Shown: in pieces, positions 29,717 through 45,229 of the stretch
How the letters are laid out: every line of letters starts with the position of its first letter
Numbering within the stretch: position 1 is the stretch's first letter
Assembly (NCBI GenBank): GCA_964016885.1
Contig: OZ024751.1
Span: 33,914,001-33,978,000, forward strand
DNA length: 64,000 nucleotides
DNA from: Eledone cirrhosa
Lineage: Eukaryota
Reading direction: 5' to 3'
Translations under genes and position numbers: made by a program
Notes under the pieces: generated by a model
Database searches by the model: none
The model's input: the letters and a program-made list of their open reading frames with translations, nothing else
Told to the model about the DNA's origin: nothing

Positions 29717-29760
29717 GGGGGGGTTAGTAGGTAGGTGTGTATGTATCTATATGTAGTACA
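29239..29760. repeat. Nested palindrome centred on (TA)n
   Basis: Two unique blocks (..acctacctactaacccc.. and agcagaaggaatattcaatttgttggtaattcaacaaat) mirrored; the outer block occurs twice on the right. Confidence 0.9.
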
Positions 29761-30070
29761 ATATCGATGGATGGGAAAACGGAAAAGGAAAACACTACTC
29801 AATTATGTTTGAAAGCTGATATATAATATTATTTATGTTCACCAGGGAACTAATATTTCAAGGCCCAATGTTGACCATCTCCACAGATTATAAGAGAGAT
29901 CAAATATGTGACCTAGTCTTCGGGCTCTTCAAGTGTAGGTCACTTTCATCCCTCTTTCAATCAGGGGAGATCTTTAAAATTGGGCCTTGAAACCTCATAT
30001 AGTGCTTTTGTTACGTCTATGAACATAAATAAATATTATATACACTCACATATATATATATAAATATATG

Positions 30071-30133
<63 letters not shown>

Positions 30134-30148
30134 ATATGTATGTATATG

Positions 30149-30195
<47 letters not shown>

Positions 30196-31095
30196 ATATG
30201 TATGTATGTATATATATATATGTATGTATATATATATATGTATATATATATATGTATGTATATATATATGTATATATATATATGTATGTATATATATATG
30301 TATATATATATATGTATGTATATATATATGTATATATATATATGTATGTATGTATATATATGTATGTATGTATATATATATGTATATATATATATGTATG
30401 TATATATATATGTATATATATATATGTATGTATGTATATATATATATGTATATATATATGTATGTATGTATATATATATGTATATATATATGTATATATA
30501 TATATATGTTTATATATGTGTATGTATATATGTATATATGTATGTATGTATATATGTATATGTATATATGTGTGTGTGTGCGTATGTATATATATATATA
30601 TCAACCGCTGTTGATGTTCTTAAATAGTTCTATCGGTCAAAGTATGTATAAAACAAAATAACACTTGGCAGACAGTGACGTTGTTGTATGTCTGGTCGTT
30701 GTGGAGACTTGAGCGTTACGCTTGGATAAACCTTGTGTTACAGGCGGAACATATTTAAATATTTTCCCTCTTTCGCCGTCTGATTCCCATCAATTTTCTA
30801 CTGGTGATCAATTATAGAATTAAAGAATTACTGCATCTTTCTTTGTACTACTATCTCCTTCACACAATCTCTCTCTGCCCCCCCCCCTCTCTCTCTCTTT
30901 CTCTGTATATATGTATATATATGTGTGTGTGCCTGTCTCTCTGTGTGTGCATATGTACACACACACACATATATATAATCCGTATATATATATATGTATA
31001 ATCTGGATATACATATATATATATATATATACGTGTGTGTGTGAGTGTATTTATATATGTGTGTATATCTATATATATATATACACACCCTCTTT

Positions 31096-31159
<64 letters not shown>

Positions 31160-31234
31160 CTCTTTCTGAATATTGTTCTTTCTTCTGAATATTGGTTACT
31201 GTGCTTAAAATGCTTCTCTATATCTATGTGTGGC

Positions 31235-31266
<32 letters not shown>

Positions 31267-31275
31267 ATGTGTATG

Positions 31276-31318
<43 letters not shown>

Positions 31319-32249
31319 GTGTGTGTGTATATATATATGTGTGTGTGTATATATATATATATTGTACTTCTCAAGTAAGTACAGTGATCGAGCCTTTTCA
31401 TAGTCAATCACCTGGTAATTTGCTTTTTGTTTTGTTTGGTTTTGTTTCTCTCTGTTTATTTGTTCTTTTTTGTTTTATTTTATGTGTTAAACTACTTTTA
31501 AAAGTCGTCAGGAAGAAATTTAAAATTAAATGAAGACTGATGTAAAAGATCTGAATGCATATAGACGGGCAAAATCGAAAATGATGTATACTAAAAGGTG
31601 AAAATATTTTAAATATGTTTAACCTGTTTCTTTTTTTCTGAGATGGTGGAGAATGGTTTTGTTTAGATTAAGTATTGTAGCAAGAGATTTAATATTTTAT
31701 AAATTGCTTTAAAATGGCCACAAAATTGAAAATTATTTTTAAAAAAGCTGAAATATATATTATTTTACAAGATAGCACATATTTTTAGAATATATCATTT
31801 TTAACTTCGCTCATGTGCAAAAATGTGATATATTTCAACTCCCCAGAGCTGTTGAAATTGTAGGTTCTTGGCAATGTATAGTATTTTATAAAATGTTAAA
31901 TTCACCCCCACCCCCACCCCCCACCACCCCAATACTACTTCACAGTCAACAAAATATAAAACAAAAAATCGCTGAATTATATCCTATATGGGATGATGCA
32001 CTTCATATATATGCATATATATATATGGATATATATATGTGTGTGTGTGCGTGTATGTATGTATTAATGAGTTACAGCCCAATGGCTGAGCTATTGCCAT
32101 TTCGACGGGGAGACGTCGTAGCTGCAAGTGGTCAGGCATCCGGCTGTAATTCATTATAATACCTACATTCGACTTCAAGTACGAATCTGAACAATGGTCT
32201 AAACTGGCAAGTTCCAATCACTCTATATATATGCATGTGCTTGTGTGTG

Positions 32250-32300
<51 letters not shown>

Positions 32301-32304
<4 letters not shown>

Positions 32305-32408
32305 AACGAGTAGGACCCCTACTCGTTCCTATTACCCACTCTACTACCCTAAGTATTGAGTACTTTGGTGCGTTATGGTCCACCTGGTTCCTTACCACAT
32401 TTCCTTCG

Positions 32409-32410
<2 letters not shown>
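32301..32410 (+). mobile_element. (TA)n-embedded fold-back element, copy 2 (collapsed hairpin)
   Basis: taggaacgagtagg-acc-cctactcgttccta plus the same ~80-nt tail as 39996-40191. Confidence 0.85.
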
Positions 32411-32483
<73 letters not shown>

Positions 32484-32484
<1 letters not shown>

Positions 32485-32953
32485 GTAATCTGAATTTTTC
32501 GAATATGAATAATAACATTCGATTTGTTTGCAATTATGCAAACAAGCTTCAATTTTATAGCCATGTCAGTATAATGAACACTTCATTCTTGCTCTTATGT
32601 TGGCATGCGAACAGAACTGCAGACACTAATGTTTCTGGGTATCACCCTTCATCGGGACATTCTACTGACATTGCTATAAAATTGAGGCTTGTTTGCATAA
32701 TTGCAAACAAATCGAATGTCATTATTTATATTCGAAAAGGGCGGTGGATTGGCAGTATTGGTGGAGTGTCGGACGCCATGCTTTCCAGCATAGTTACGTC
32801 CCTTTACAATCTGAGTTCAAATCCCGCCGAGGTTGACTTTGCCTTTCATCCTTACGGGGTCGATAAAATAAAGTACCAGTAATGCACTGGATAATTGCTG
32901 GCCTTGTGCCTGAAGTAGAAACAATTATTTATATTCGAAAATCTCAGATTACA
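32484..32953. mobile_element. Fold-back element in (TA)n with a degenerate hammerhead core, interrupted by a SINE
   Basis: ~85-bp arms; minus strand cCGATGA-aggg tgata ccca-GAAA-cattagt-GTC at 32622-32655. Confidence 0.7.
32739..32923 (+). mobile_element. Full-length tRNA-derived SINE with an 18-bp target-site duplication
   Basis: A-box tggcagtattgg, B-box gagttcaaatcc; TSD attatttatattcgaaaa at 32721-32738 and 32924-32941. Confidence 0.92.
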
Positions 32954-33371
32954 TTTATTATATATATATATATATATATATAGTTTTAATATAGATGAGA
33001 TTCTACAGGACTAGAACTGTTTCATTATACTCTGCAATGTATTGAGTACCTTACTTACTGTGGTTACCTCCGATTCAACCCGGAATAACGTATATATATA
33101 TATATATATATTGAAAAACAACAAAAGGCCGGACTGGAAACATTCTTTAAAAAAATATTCCTTTCAATGGTCTAGTTACACCGTTCGATCATGATGCCCC
33201 ACTTATGCGAGTTCATCAAGTGTGCATTGCAAAATTAATTAATTAATTATATAAAATATCAGGATTACGACGAACTCAAATAGAAAATAGATTTCATTGG
33301 GGGACAGCTCGCCAATTCGGTGTTATTGTAACGTCCACCCATCATATATATATATATATGAATGAGATGCT

Positions 33372-33426
<55 letters not shown>

Positions 33427-33891
33427 AATCAACAATTTGCAGTCTTATGATTTGAAAAAAATATTTATTCATGTGAAATATTCATCCATGTGAAGACAAT
33501 TGCAAGCAACAGCCAAAAGTTATTATAAAAATGTAAATGTAGTTATTTCTTATTCATTGTAAATTACTGGTGCGTTAATCGTGTACTACACAATATATAG
33601 AGGGTGTGTGACTAGTCAACATGGCGTTTGCATTTATCTAGTCTTTTATGTGTTTCACTGGTTTTAAACATTAAGCAGAGCCCATTCTGGGGCTCAGCTT
33701 TGATTTAGTCAATCAAATCGACCCCAGCACCTATTTTTTTTCAATTTTCAACGATATTGTTTTCTGAATTTTCCAATTGCAAAATATCGGAACATATACA
33801 CATATACAGTCACAATTGTAAACATAGACACCCCCAACACACACATATATACAGGAAGAGAGCGAGATTGAGAGAAACACACACACACATG

Positions 33892-33961
<70 letters not shown>

Positions 33962-34463
33962 GAAGTGCGCTAGCAATGGAAGTGTATGATAACGTTATAT
34001 AAATGTTGATCACAGTATGGTTCCAAATTTGTTGCCATATGTGTTGTGACGTTATTTATACATAAATACAGAGTTTGTAACAACGACTGCACCAATATTT
34101 ATAAATATATATACATATAACTATTATATAGGGATGTAAACGTGTATATAAGATGAGATGTGAGCATGAAATTGCGGGATATTCCATTTAGTAAATGTCA
34201 AAACTTACAGGCTAATCAAACCCATTCTATTGTCAACATTGATAGAGAAGAATTACTTTCAAAATGTAAAATTGAACTTGACATATATAAGAATATCTAT
34301 GTATGTGTGTGTGTGTGTGTGTGAAACTTTTTGTAATAATGGTATGGTCAGTAATGAGCATATGTATTTGTGAACCAATGTGTCTGTATGATGCGACTGT
34401 ACGCATATATCTGTGTGTGTGTATATATATATATATACATAATTATTATACACATATTTAAAT

Positions 34464-34495
<32 letters not shown>

Positions 34496-34501
34496 GTGTG
34501 T

Positions 34502-34692
34502 GTCAATCAATTACTTGGTGTAGGAGTCAGTATAGAGTGTGTGTGTGTGTGCGTGTGTGTGCGTGTGTGTGTGTATGTGTGCGTGTGTGTGTGTGTGTCA
34601 ATTACTTGGTGTAGGAGTCAGTATAGAGTGTGTATGTGTGCGTGTGTGTGTGTGTGTGTGTCAATTACTTGGTGTAGGAGTCAGTATAGAAT
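34502..34692. repeat. Three copies of a ~31-bp unit separated by (GT)n
   Basis: tcaattacttggtgtaggagtcagtataga x3. Confidence 0.9.
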
Positions 34693-35139
34693 GTGTTATG
34701 AGGAATGCTCCTAGTTCCAGTTTGGCAACTAATCACAGAACAGTGGCGACAGACAATTTGATTGAACTAACCAAAAGGAAAACAAGCCAACCGTGTATTG
34801 CACGTGCTGGCCGTGGTGATGATGGTGGTGGTGGTGGTGGTGAGGAGTGTGGTGGTGGTGGTGATGGTGAGGTGTGTGGTGGTGGTGGTGGTGGTGGTGA
34901 GGGTGAGGTGTGTGGTGGTGGTGGTGCTGCTGCTGGCCGTGGTGGTTTTGGTGGTGTGGTAGTAGTGGCTACAGGGGAAGTTTTGTTGTTAGTTGTGTTT
35001 CGGTGGTGGTGGTGGTGGGTTAAAATGTTTCGATGGTGAGATTGGGAGCAGTGTGGTGTCTGTTGGTGTGGGTTGGCAGGTGAAGGACACATGAGACGTA
35101 GAGATGTTTAGAAAGGAAGAAGAGAACAATTAATGTATT

Positions 35140-35555
35140 CTTTTTCTTCTTCTTCTTCTTCTTCTTTTCTTCTTCTTCTTCACCAACTTATTCGAGGGGG
35201 CGGGATCTTGAGGGCAGACTTCTCAAGCACACTTTCCAGTGGGTCCTTTCTCAAGCAACTTTTTCCAATTTATACGAATGGATCTCCAGGTCGGACAAAC
35301 CAAGCTCATGGATGTTATCCAACTATCTTGTTCGTGGTCTAGCTCTGGGTCCCTTGCCGGTTGGTTTTGCCCATAAAACATGTCCAGCAATTCTTCCGTT
35401 AGACCGTCTAACAACATGTCGATAGTATCGAATCTGTGATCTTACAATTCGGAGAAGTATTGGTTCTATCTGGTGGAGCGAGTCTCTGATCTCCATGCTA
35501 TCATTGTAGACTTCTGCTTTTTGGGGACACCAAGCGAGGTGTCGCTCAGTCGCTC
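35140..35555 (-). pseudogene. RTE-clade LINE 3' end with a (GAA)n tail
   Basis: RYYRHVVRRSNGRIAGHVLWAKPTGKGPRARPRTR*LDNIHEL..LEKVA*ERTHW resembles the RTE C-terminal G(K)RPRGRP..W motif. Confidence 0.75.
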
Positions 35556-35556
35556 A

Positions 35557-35626
<70 letters not shown>

Positions 35627-35799
35627 AAATCGGGTGAATTACTCCAGGAATAGAAAAGGGGGAACAGAGGTCTCTCCGGAAAATCGAACCTATGTGTGTT
35701 AACCAATACGCTAAGAAGATCCCAGCCATAAATAAGTGTCTTTTTATTGTTTTTGTTTTGATGTGTTTTGCCCTTTAGTTTTTCTGATGGTCTCCATAA

Positions 35800-35960
35800 A
35801 TCTTGTGTTATATATTGTGTAATATCTTGTGTTATATCTTGTGTTATATATTGTGTAATATCTTGTGTTATATCTTGTGTTATATATTGTGTTATATCTT
35901 GTGTTATATCTTGTGTTATATATTGTGTAATATCTTGTGTTATATCTTGTGTTATATATT
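35800..35960. repeat. 12-bp minisatellite
   Basis: atcttgtgttat / atattgtgtaat units. Confidence 0.9.
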
Positions 35961-36679
35961 ACATCAGATAAATCTGAAAGATACGAGGAATACAAAGAAA
36001 ACCTCGATGTCCCTTCTGTCCTTTCGATATTTAGGTGTGGGGAAACGACAATCCGATCTGTGTTTACATTCAAGAAACAACCGGATCAATGAAAGCAATC
36101 AGAAAATAAGGAAATGGTGAATAAAAGACAGGAATCTCAGCTTCAGACATTCTTGAATTAATGAAATTATCAAAGAGATTACATGTTAAACAATCAACCA
36201 AAAATATTAAGAGTATAATAGATGAAAGAAAGAACTATACATACACACATATATATAATCAGACATATATTTACATATATATGATGCCTCGAAACTCAAT
36301 TTATATATATATGTATATATATATGTGTGTGTGCGTGCGTGTATGTGTGTGTGCGTGCATATGTGTGTGTGCACTTATAACTCTATAGATTCCCAAAACA
36401 GTTTGTTTTTTTTTAGTTTTATCGTCAATATCTTCATTATATTTAGTCGTTGTAAGGAGACACTACAGAAAAAGGAGATATTAATCATATTTTAAAATGT
36501 TGTGACATAGACACACACACGCAGACACACACGCACACACACAGACACACACGCACGTACACAGACACACACACCATCACAACACACATTCACACACACA
36601 CACAAGCACACTAATAAACACACATACATCAAATACACACACGCCGGTGTAGGCATATTTACATGTGCATATGCATAGC

Positions 36680-36727
<48 letters not shown>

Positions 36728-37097
36728 TACTCCTAAATATATGTATATATATGTGTATGTATATGTGTGCGCGCATATGTAAATATATGTGCACATATAC
36801 ACCCACACACATACACACTCATGCATATGTAAAGAGATTTGTAAATGAAATATTTTGTAATTTCCTTTTCCAATTTAAATTTCAAAACACCGTTCTTGTA
36901 TTCTTGCTCACTTTTACCATTTCTAAACGATGTATATATCGATAGCGCTGCTAGCAGGAAGTCTCTGAGAAAGAACATTCTTCATTAGAATTGTGTGTCA
37001 TCACAATAATTTGTGAAGTTAGCCGGCTTAGTGGTAAGTCTGTTGGACTTCTCACTATAAGGTCGAGGTTAGATCATACTGCCAAACGTCGTCCGAC

Positions 37098-37300
37098 GTT
37101 TGGCAGTATGATCGGTAGAGCGTCAGGCAACATGCTTCGCAGCATAGTTACGTCTCTTTGCGTAGTGTTCAAATCCTACCGAGGTTAGCCTTGCCTATCA
37201 TCCTTACAGGGTCGATAAAATAATGCACTGGAGTCGATTTAATCGACTTTCCCCTCCCCCAGAATTGTTGGCCTTGTGCCTAAATCAGAAACCACTATTG
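37098..37300 (+). mobile_element. tRNA-derived SINE, near full length
   Basis: tggcagtatgatcggtagag..gtgttcaaatcctaccgagg..ggccttgtgcctaaa. Confidence 0.85.
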
Positions 37301-39701
37301 TTTCCGTTGTGTACATATACATATATATGTTTATGTATGCATATATATATACACACACAGACACACACATTTGTATATATTTATATGTAAGTTGGCCATG
37401 GTGTAGTATAGTATGGTGTGGTGTTGTATGGATTAGTCGTGTCTGAACTGGTCTAGGTTGGTTCCATTGGTTTGGTCTGGCAATGGTTTAGTCTGGTTCA
37501 GAGAGGTTGAAAAGAAATTCATGTCACACTGGTTTATAAAGTAAAATAATAATGACCCAAAAACAAAGTAAAGAAAAAAATGTTTTTAAAAAAAACATAC
37601 AAAATAAACATAATTCCTAAGCTTCGAAGTGATTTTTATCGATGGACATCGAAGAACGATTCTTCGATAAAAGGATATTTTCCACCAAAAACTATCTCTC
37701 TCTCTATATATATATATGCGTGAGTGTGCGCATATATATATATATGTGTGTGTGTATGTTTGTATGTGTACGTGCGCCTTTATCGAATACGTGGAAATAA
37801 AGAATAAGATAACCATAAAAATAAAAAAAGAGACACACAGACATAGAATGATTCACTATTTCTTCAATGTAAATGTCTGTAAAGATTAGACTTGAGATAT
37901 GTAAATTTGAGGACATTTAGTAGAATTGACTAAACATTTATGGGTCTCTGGAGGGGAGAAGATAGGTGGTGAGGGGACTATAGATGTGGGTTTTGGGGGG
38001 TGCGAATGGTGGAATATCTTGAGAGATATTTAGTTAGATTTCAAGTCCAGATTTTTGATAAAAGTAATTGATGTAAATTGATTGATTGGAGCCACCATTA
38101 ACGAATTGATCTGCATTTGAGTGTGTGTATGTGCACTTCTGTGTGTGTGTATGAGTATTCCTCTCTGTGTGTGATTTCAATATTCTATGCGGTTTCACAC
38201 ATTCGTACAACACACACAATATATGTGTGTGTGTGTGTGTAAATATTTATGTACATATGTATGAATATGAATACTTGAGAAAGAGAGAGAGAGGGGGGGA
38301 GAGAGAGGGAGAGAGACTGTATTTGGACGTAGTTCTCTCTTCGGGAAAAAAGTGATAAATGAACAAAAAGAACGTACACACATATATTCTAAACATCATA
38401 CTTGGAGGATTTCTACATATATACATATGTCTGTGTGTATATATATAGACATATTTGTGTGTGTCTGTGTGTATATATATAGACATGTTTGTGTGTGTCT
38501 GTGTATATATATAGACATGTGTGTATGTGTCTGTGTGTATATATATATATAGAGACATGTTTGTGTGTGTCTGTGTGTATATAGACATGTTTGTGTGTGT
38601 GTGTATATATATAGACATGTTTGTGTGTGTCTGTGTCTGTTTATGCCAAATTTTCAGGGTATATGTATATAAATCTTTTCTTAGAAATGTAGAAATTTTC
38701 GGACGCAGGCAAATAGCTGCCATCTTCCTTCCAGCAGTGGAGACATTTCTAAACATTTCTAACCATTTCAACTCACTTGACACTATAGAATGTCAGCCAC
38801 TATAGAATGACAGCCATAGACAATGACAGCCATATACCTCATCTAAAAATATATGTAACACAACCACAACAAATAATAATAATAACGAGAGGTGAGTATC
38901 AGAATACGTTCAGGGTGATATATTCCGTGTCTCGATCTGGATGATATTGTAATTAAAAGTGTTGCTAATTAGATCAGCAGACATCATCATCATCACCACA
39001 ACAAGAAGAGCAGCAACAATAGTAAGGACAACAACAACAGCTACTGATATCTACCTGTTTCTGCCATTTCAATTTGATGCCACTTCTATTATTTCCCCGA
39101 ATCTCAAATAAGAAACAAATTTGGCAGCCATAATTAGTGACAACAGTATCATCATTATCATCATCATCATAGACATCATCAATATCGTCATCAGTAGTGC
39201 CAAGAACAATATCATCATCATCACCATCATCACTACAATCACCATCAACGCCATCATTGTCATCACCAGCATCATCATGATCGCTACTATCGCCAGCATC
39301 ACCAGCTGCAACGGCAGCAGGCTCTGTAATATATCATGTTGATTAGATGACAGGTCGAGCGTGTCAGCTTCCAAAGCAAATGTGTTGTTTAATAGACTCG
39401 GACGGAGTGAGGAGAAGGTGTGACATTTGAAGTTAATATTAAGGTCTAATGAGTGTATCCCCTTCTTTAAACCCCATTAAGAGGTTTGGGGGTATGGAGG
39501 TATCTAACTAGGGTTGAAAGAAGAGTAGGTATACGGAGAAGGGTGAGAGAGAGAAATGTGTGCTGTATAGGTATTGGTCTTATTACTCTGCCAGTCTAAT
39601 GAATCGATGGTGACACAATACTGCACGCACACACACACACACACACACACAGTCACTCTCACTCACAAACACATGTATGTAAGCTTATATGTATATATGT
39701 G

Positions 39702-39746
<45 letters not shown>

Positions 39747-39931
39747 AATACATCTTTATATAATGCATGTATATATATTCATGTAAAGAGAAGAATAGAT
39801 AGATAGATAGATATTTGTATATATGTGTGTATAGATATACTTATGTATATATAAATGTATGTATTTATATATATATATATATATATATATAAATGTATGT
39901 ATTTATAAATATATAAATGTATGTATTTATG

Positions 39932-40364
<433 letters not shown>

Positions 40365-40663
40365 AGTGAGTATGTGTATATATGAATGAAGATATAAGTG
40401 TAGATAAAGAAGGTATAGATAAAAATATAATTAAAGATTAGCAATGAGATAAATATGACATTTAAATTATATTTACCAAGATTTCACGCAATGATATTAA
40501 TAACGATAATAGTAATAGTTGATTGGTTTTTTTTTATTCATCCACCCCAGTACCTAACTGACAGAATACAACATGATAAATCAATAGCGAATGTATATAT
40601 ATATAAATAAATCTGTGCGTGTAAAATCGTATTCAAGTAACTATACACCATCTATGCCCCATG

Positions 40664-40714
<51 letters not shown>

Positions 40715-42048
40715 TCTGTGGCGACGGAGAGGAATGTGGGGAATTTAAAAAATAAGGAAGCCTTTATTGTAAACACACAGGAACCACTAATAAACAGTAG
40801 ATCAGAGCATCATGGAGCAGGGTGGCTTTCGTGAATGCTCCGCACATGTTCTATCCTTACACACAACCCAAGAAGTATCCGCTGGAGGTTTCTTCATTTT
40901 TGTTTTACATTTAAAAAGGTTTTTACATGGAAATATTATGATGAAATATGCTGGGTGAAACATTGTTATTTGATGTCATTCTTTACCAAAATACATTTAT
41001 ATGTATATTCCTATCCTCTATATACATATATGAAGTAATTCTTCCGACTCTTCACCAGTTCTGACATTGCCTGAACTGAATGTGTAGGTGACTTTAGTGT
41101 AGAGTTGATTGAACAATATAGAAAATATTCGTTCATCGATACCCAATACCTGACCTATCATTGATGTATTATTGTATGTACATGAATTTATACTTGTGTG
41201 TGATGGTGTAAGTGTGTGTTTCTCTGTTTATGTATGCACATGTACTATATGTGTCTATATGAGCATGTGTGTGCATATGAATATATGTATATGTTAATAT
41301 GCAGATTTGATTGTGAGTGTATATGTGCGTCCGTACATGTGTGGTCATATGTATACATGTGAGTATATATATATTTTTATATTATTGTATGTATGTATGC
41401 ATGTGTGTATGTATGTATGCATGTGTGTGTATATGTGTGTGTATGTATGTGTGTGTGTGTCAGACATTGACGCGTGAGCAGGTCGTGACAATACGTTCTT
41501 TGTTGTGGGGTCTTGTCTTCGTTAATAGTTTCTAGATTGGCTTTTGTGGCGGCTGGATGACATCAGGCATAAAGATAAAAGCCAACAGAGACGGCCGGTT
41601 CCAACAACTTTTAACCATTCTTCACTTATTTCGTTTGATTGTTCTTCAAAAGTAATCGGACGCTTCAAACATATAGAAGAGGGGAGCGGTGGAGTAGGGT
41701 GTTGCATGAATCGGAGAACATGTGTAAGAGATGTTATATATATATGTGTGTGTGTGTGTGTGCATGCGTGTACAAGTGTCTATATATAAATATATGTGAG
41801 TGTTCATGTTCTTGTCAGTGTGTTTCAGTCAATTATCTGTGTATGTATGTATATGTATGTAGCTATCTAGGAAGATATATATGTGTGGCTAAATATACAA
41901 ACGAAGGACACAGATCTCCATTGTCACCAGCTTTTGAGAAGGACTTAGGCAGTTTCGATCCCTATCAACGGTACTGCAGGTCCATTCGGTGTCACAGCGT
42001 TTGACATAAGCCAAGGGATTAACAGATGAATAACAAATTTATAGCCAT

Positions 42049-42179
<131 letters not shown>

Positions 42180-42299
42180 CAAATTAGAGTAACTTATGCC
42201 AAAGTCTCAGTAAGAGGAATACGAGCCAAACTAAGTAATACAAGAGAATTTCGCTCGCAACATTTACTGTAGTTTCTGGGGGATTCTTTACAAGTAGAC

Positions 42300-42899
42300 A
42301 ATAATATTCCTCAATTAGTTTACGAACCTTATTCTTGTCAAAGCATCATGAGGCATCCATGACATGTGTGTGTTTCAACCACGAAATTAAAATAAGTATA
42401 CCACGTACAATATGAAAGGTTCGTAATGACGCTAGCAATAGCAGCCATGACATCTGTCTACAACTCAAGAATGAAGGAGTAGTATGTATCAAACAGAAAA
42501 AAAAGGTTTTTATCACTAATCTCGATGAATAATATAGCTAAAAATATCTTGATCAGAGACGAAGAAAAACTATGTGGGTTTGGTCTACTTGCACCTCTCC
42601 TCATTCTGGCATCCCGGCATGAAAGCTACCGTAGTACTGGCAAAAAGGATTTTGGCAACTAAACCCCATAATATAACATGAACATTTCTCGAAAGGTTCA
42701 CGCCATATATAAATGGAAATGCCTGCTCTGCCTCAGCCAAAGAATTAGCATCTTGCAGGATTTATACTCACTGAACAAATATCTAAACTTCAGGACTGAG
42801 GTTTTTAGACATTGTTTGCACCAGAAGGCCCATCTCCTGTGCGACTGGAAACCCACACCACAAGGTGCTCCTCTACCAGACATGCTAAATCCTCCATAA
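42300..42899 (+). pseudogene. Decayed Penelope-like element GIY-YIG endonuclease region
   Basis: KNYVGL motif and C-terminal CLLCLSQRISIL..LNFRTEVFRHCLHQKAHLL (CxLC..LNxRxE..CxH), frameshifted. Confidence 0.7.
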
Positions 42900-43179
42900 A
42901 CCTATTCCTTTCTGTCACCTATCCACGCACAAATTAATTAAACACATCACCTCCACATACACACAACACAATATATTGTTGAAGGAGGTTTTAGCCTAAC
43001 AAAACCACATTGCACGCTAGCTAACAGACATATAATTAACAATTAAAATGTTTTTCTTGCATACCCAGATTTTAATTATTGGGAAGATTTTAGAGGAGAC
43101 TTAAATGTTTACAAAATAACTTGCACGCTAGATCAGAAACAGCCATTTATAAATATATCCTATCAGATGTGGCCTCCCT

Positions 43180-43560
43180 TGGCTCCTCAAGGGTAAACAT
43201 TCTTCGATCTCCATTGGTAATGATCTCCTTTAAAGAGTTTAAGTTCTTTAGATAATTAGCTCACAATTCAAGTCACGTACATATTACAGATAGGCACTCG
43301 TCTACTCCGAGAGTTTCTGGACTTAGGAATTGACCCTCTTGTTTTCGAAAAGGGGTTCTCCACTGTATTAAAATCAAAAGATTTTTTGCATAATTTACGT
43401 CCTGGCGCTCCTCCACTATCCAGTGGTGGCCATAACTGGAACCCAAAACCTATGGTCGCACCAACATGCTAAATGTATCAAATGTTAATTATACTAGACA
43501 AGTTCCCTTTCAATAGATTGAGCATTGTCTTCCCTGAGCTTTTATCTATGGATAGCCTGC
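43180..43560 (-). pseudogene. Highly decayed CR1-group LINE fragment
   Basis: LVRP..QLWPP..KTRG remnants only. Confidence 0.3.
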
Positions 43561-43586
43561 GGTCGCACACACACACACACACACAC

Positions 43587-43641
<55 letters not shown>

Positions 43642-43735
43642 CATATGTTGATTTATACATATGTTGATATATACATATGTTGATTTAAAACTTCACTATT
43701 CACAAGTGTTTTTTAACCTTCATATCATGTATCCC

Positions 43736-43806
43736 TATTTTATCTGATGAAAACGCAGATATCATCTCATGATGATATTTGTTTTTGAAATGCGCATAAT
43801 AAAATA
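43736..43806 (+). ncRNA. Intact type I hammerhead ribozyme motif
   Basis: tattttat-CTGATGA-16-bp stem II (loop tcat)-GAAA-tgcgca-TA-ataaaata; palindromic stem III ATGCGCAT. Confidence 0.85.
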
Positions 43807-43836
43807 CTTGGAACTCTTTTAACCATCTTTTGATTT

Positions 43837-43889
<53 letters not shown>

Positions 43890-44267
43890 TTTATGTTTTG
43901 TGTTATTTTAATCATATGTATAAATATTTACGTACGTATATATAAATTTTTTTTTCTTTAATTTTTTGTTAGTTATTTTTCCGTTCCTTCCTCTTCTCCA
44001 TACTTTTTCTTTCTGTTTCGTCTCATATTTCTTACTTTATCTTCGGATAAAGGACTACTGTTCGAAACGTAAAAGCTCTGTTTCTTTTGTGGCAAGCATT
44101 AAACTAATATATTTCCTAATTGTACTGAGTTGACTGCTTTGTTGTTTCTATAAATGTCGTTCAACAGGAGACCTGATAGTTTTTAGTTACACCATTTATT
44201 AAAAAAGATCTCCATTTACTTCCGAACTGTATATGTGTGTGTAGACCTTTACGGTGTGAAATATGTA

Positions 44268-44399
<132 letters not shown>

Positions 44400-44568
44400 G
44401 ATATATATATATATATATTTATATATATATTTATTTATATATATATATATATTTATTTATATATATATATATATATCTTTACATATATATTTTTTTATAT
44501 CTTTACATATATATATATTTATATATATATATATTTATATACATATATATATATTTATATATATACAT

Positions 44569-44602
<34 letters not shown>

Positions 44603-44786
44603 ACATATACACACATATATATATACATATATATACATATACATATATGTACATATATATATATATACACATATATATATACACATATATATATACATAT
44701 ATATATATACATATATATATGTATATATATGTATGTATGTATATATATGTATGTGTATATGTATGTATATGTATGTATGTATATAA

Positions 44787-44820
<34 letters not shown>

Positions 44821-44948
44821 ATGTGTGTGTGTGTGTGTTTTAAAGTCTACGTGGCCGAGACCGCGGAGACCACAATTCAAGGTTTTACACCGGGGCTCTA
44901 CCTTCATTTAGAGAGAGAGAGGGACACATATATATATATATGGAGAGG

Positions 44949-44999
<51 letters not shown>

Positions 45000-45143
45000 G
45001 TGTGTGTGTATATATACACACATACAGTAACTGCAGTAATTGGCAATAACTTTTAGATTACTTTGTAACGAAAATTCTTCCCAAGTGACAATAACTCTTT
45101 CTTTCGTGAAAATTGAAAATTTACAAAAGAATAATTATGATAA

Positions 45144-45229
<86 letters not shown>

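Noticed and set aside
34502-34692. CRISPR-like repeats with variable spacers
   Set aside because: Spacers are (GT)n microsatellite, there are no cas genes and the context is eukaryotic
37020-37085. tRNA gene
   Set aside because: Only degenerate A/B-box similarity and no complete cloverleaf; likely a SINE head
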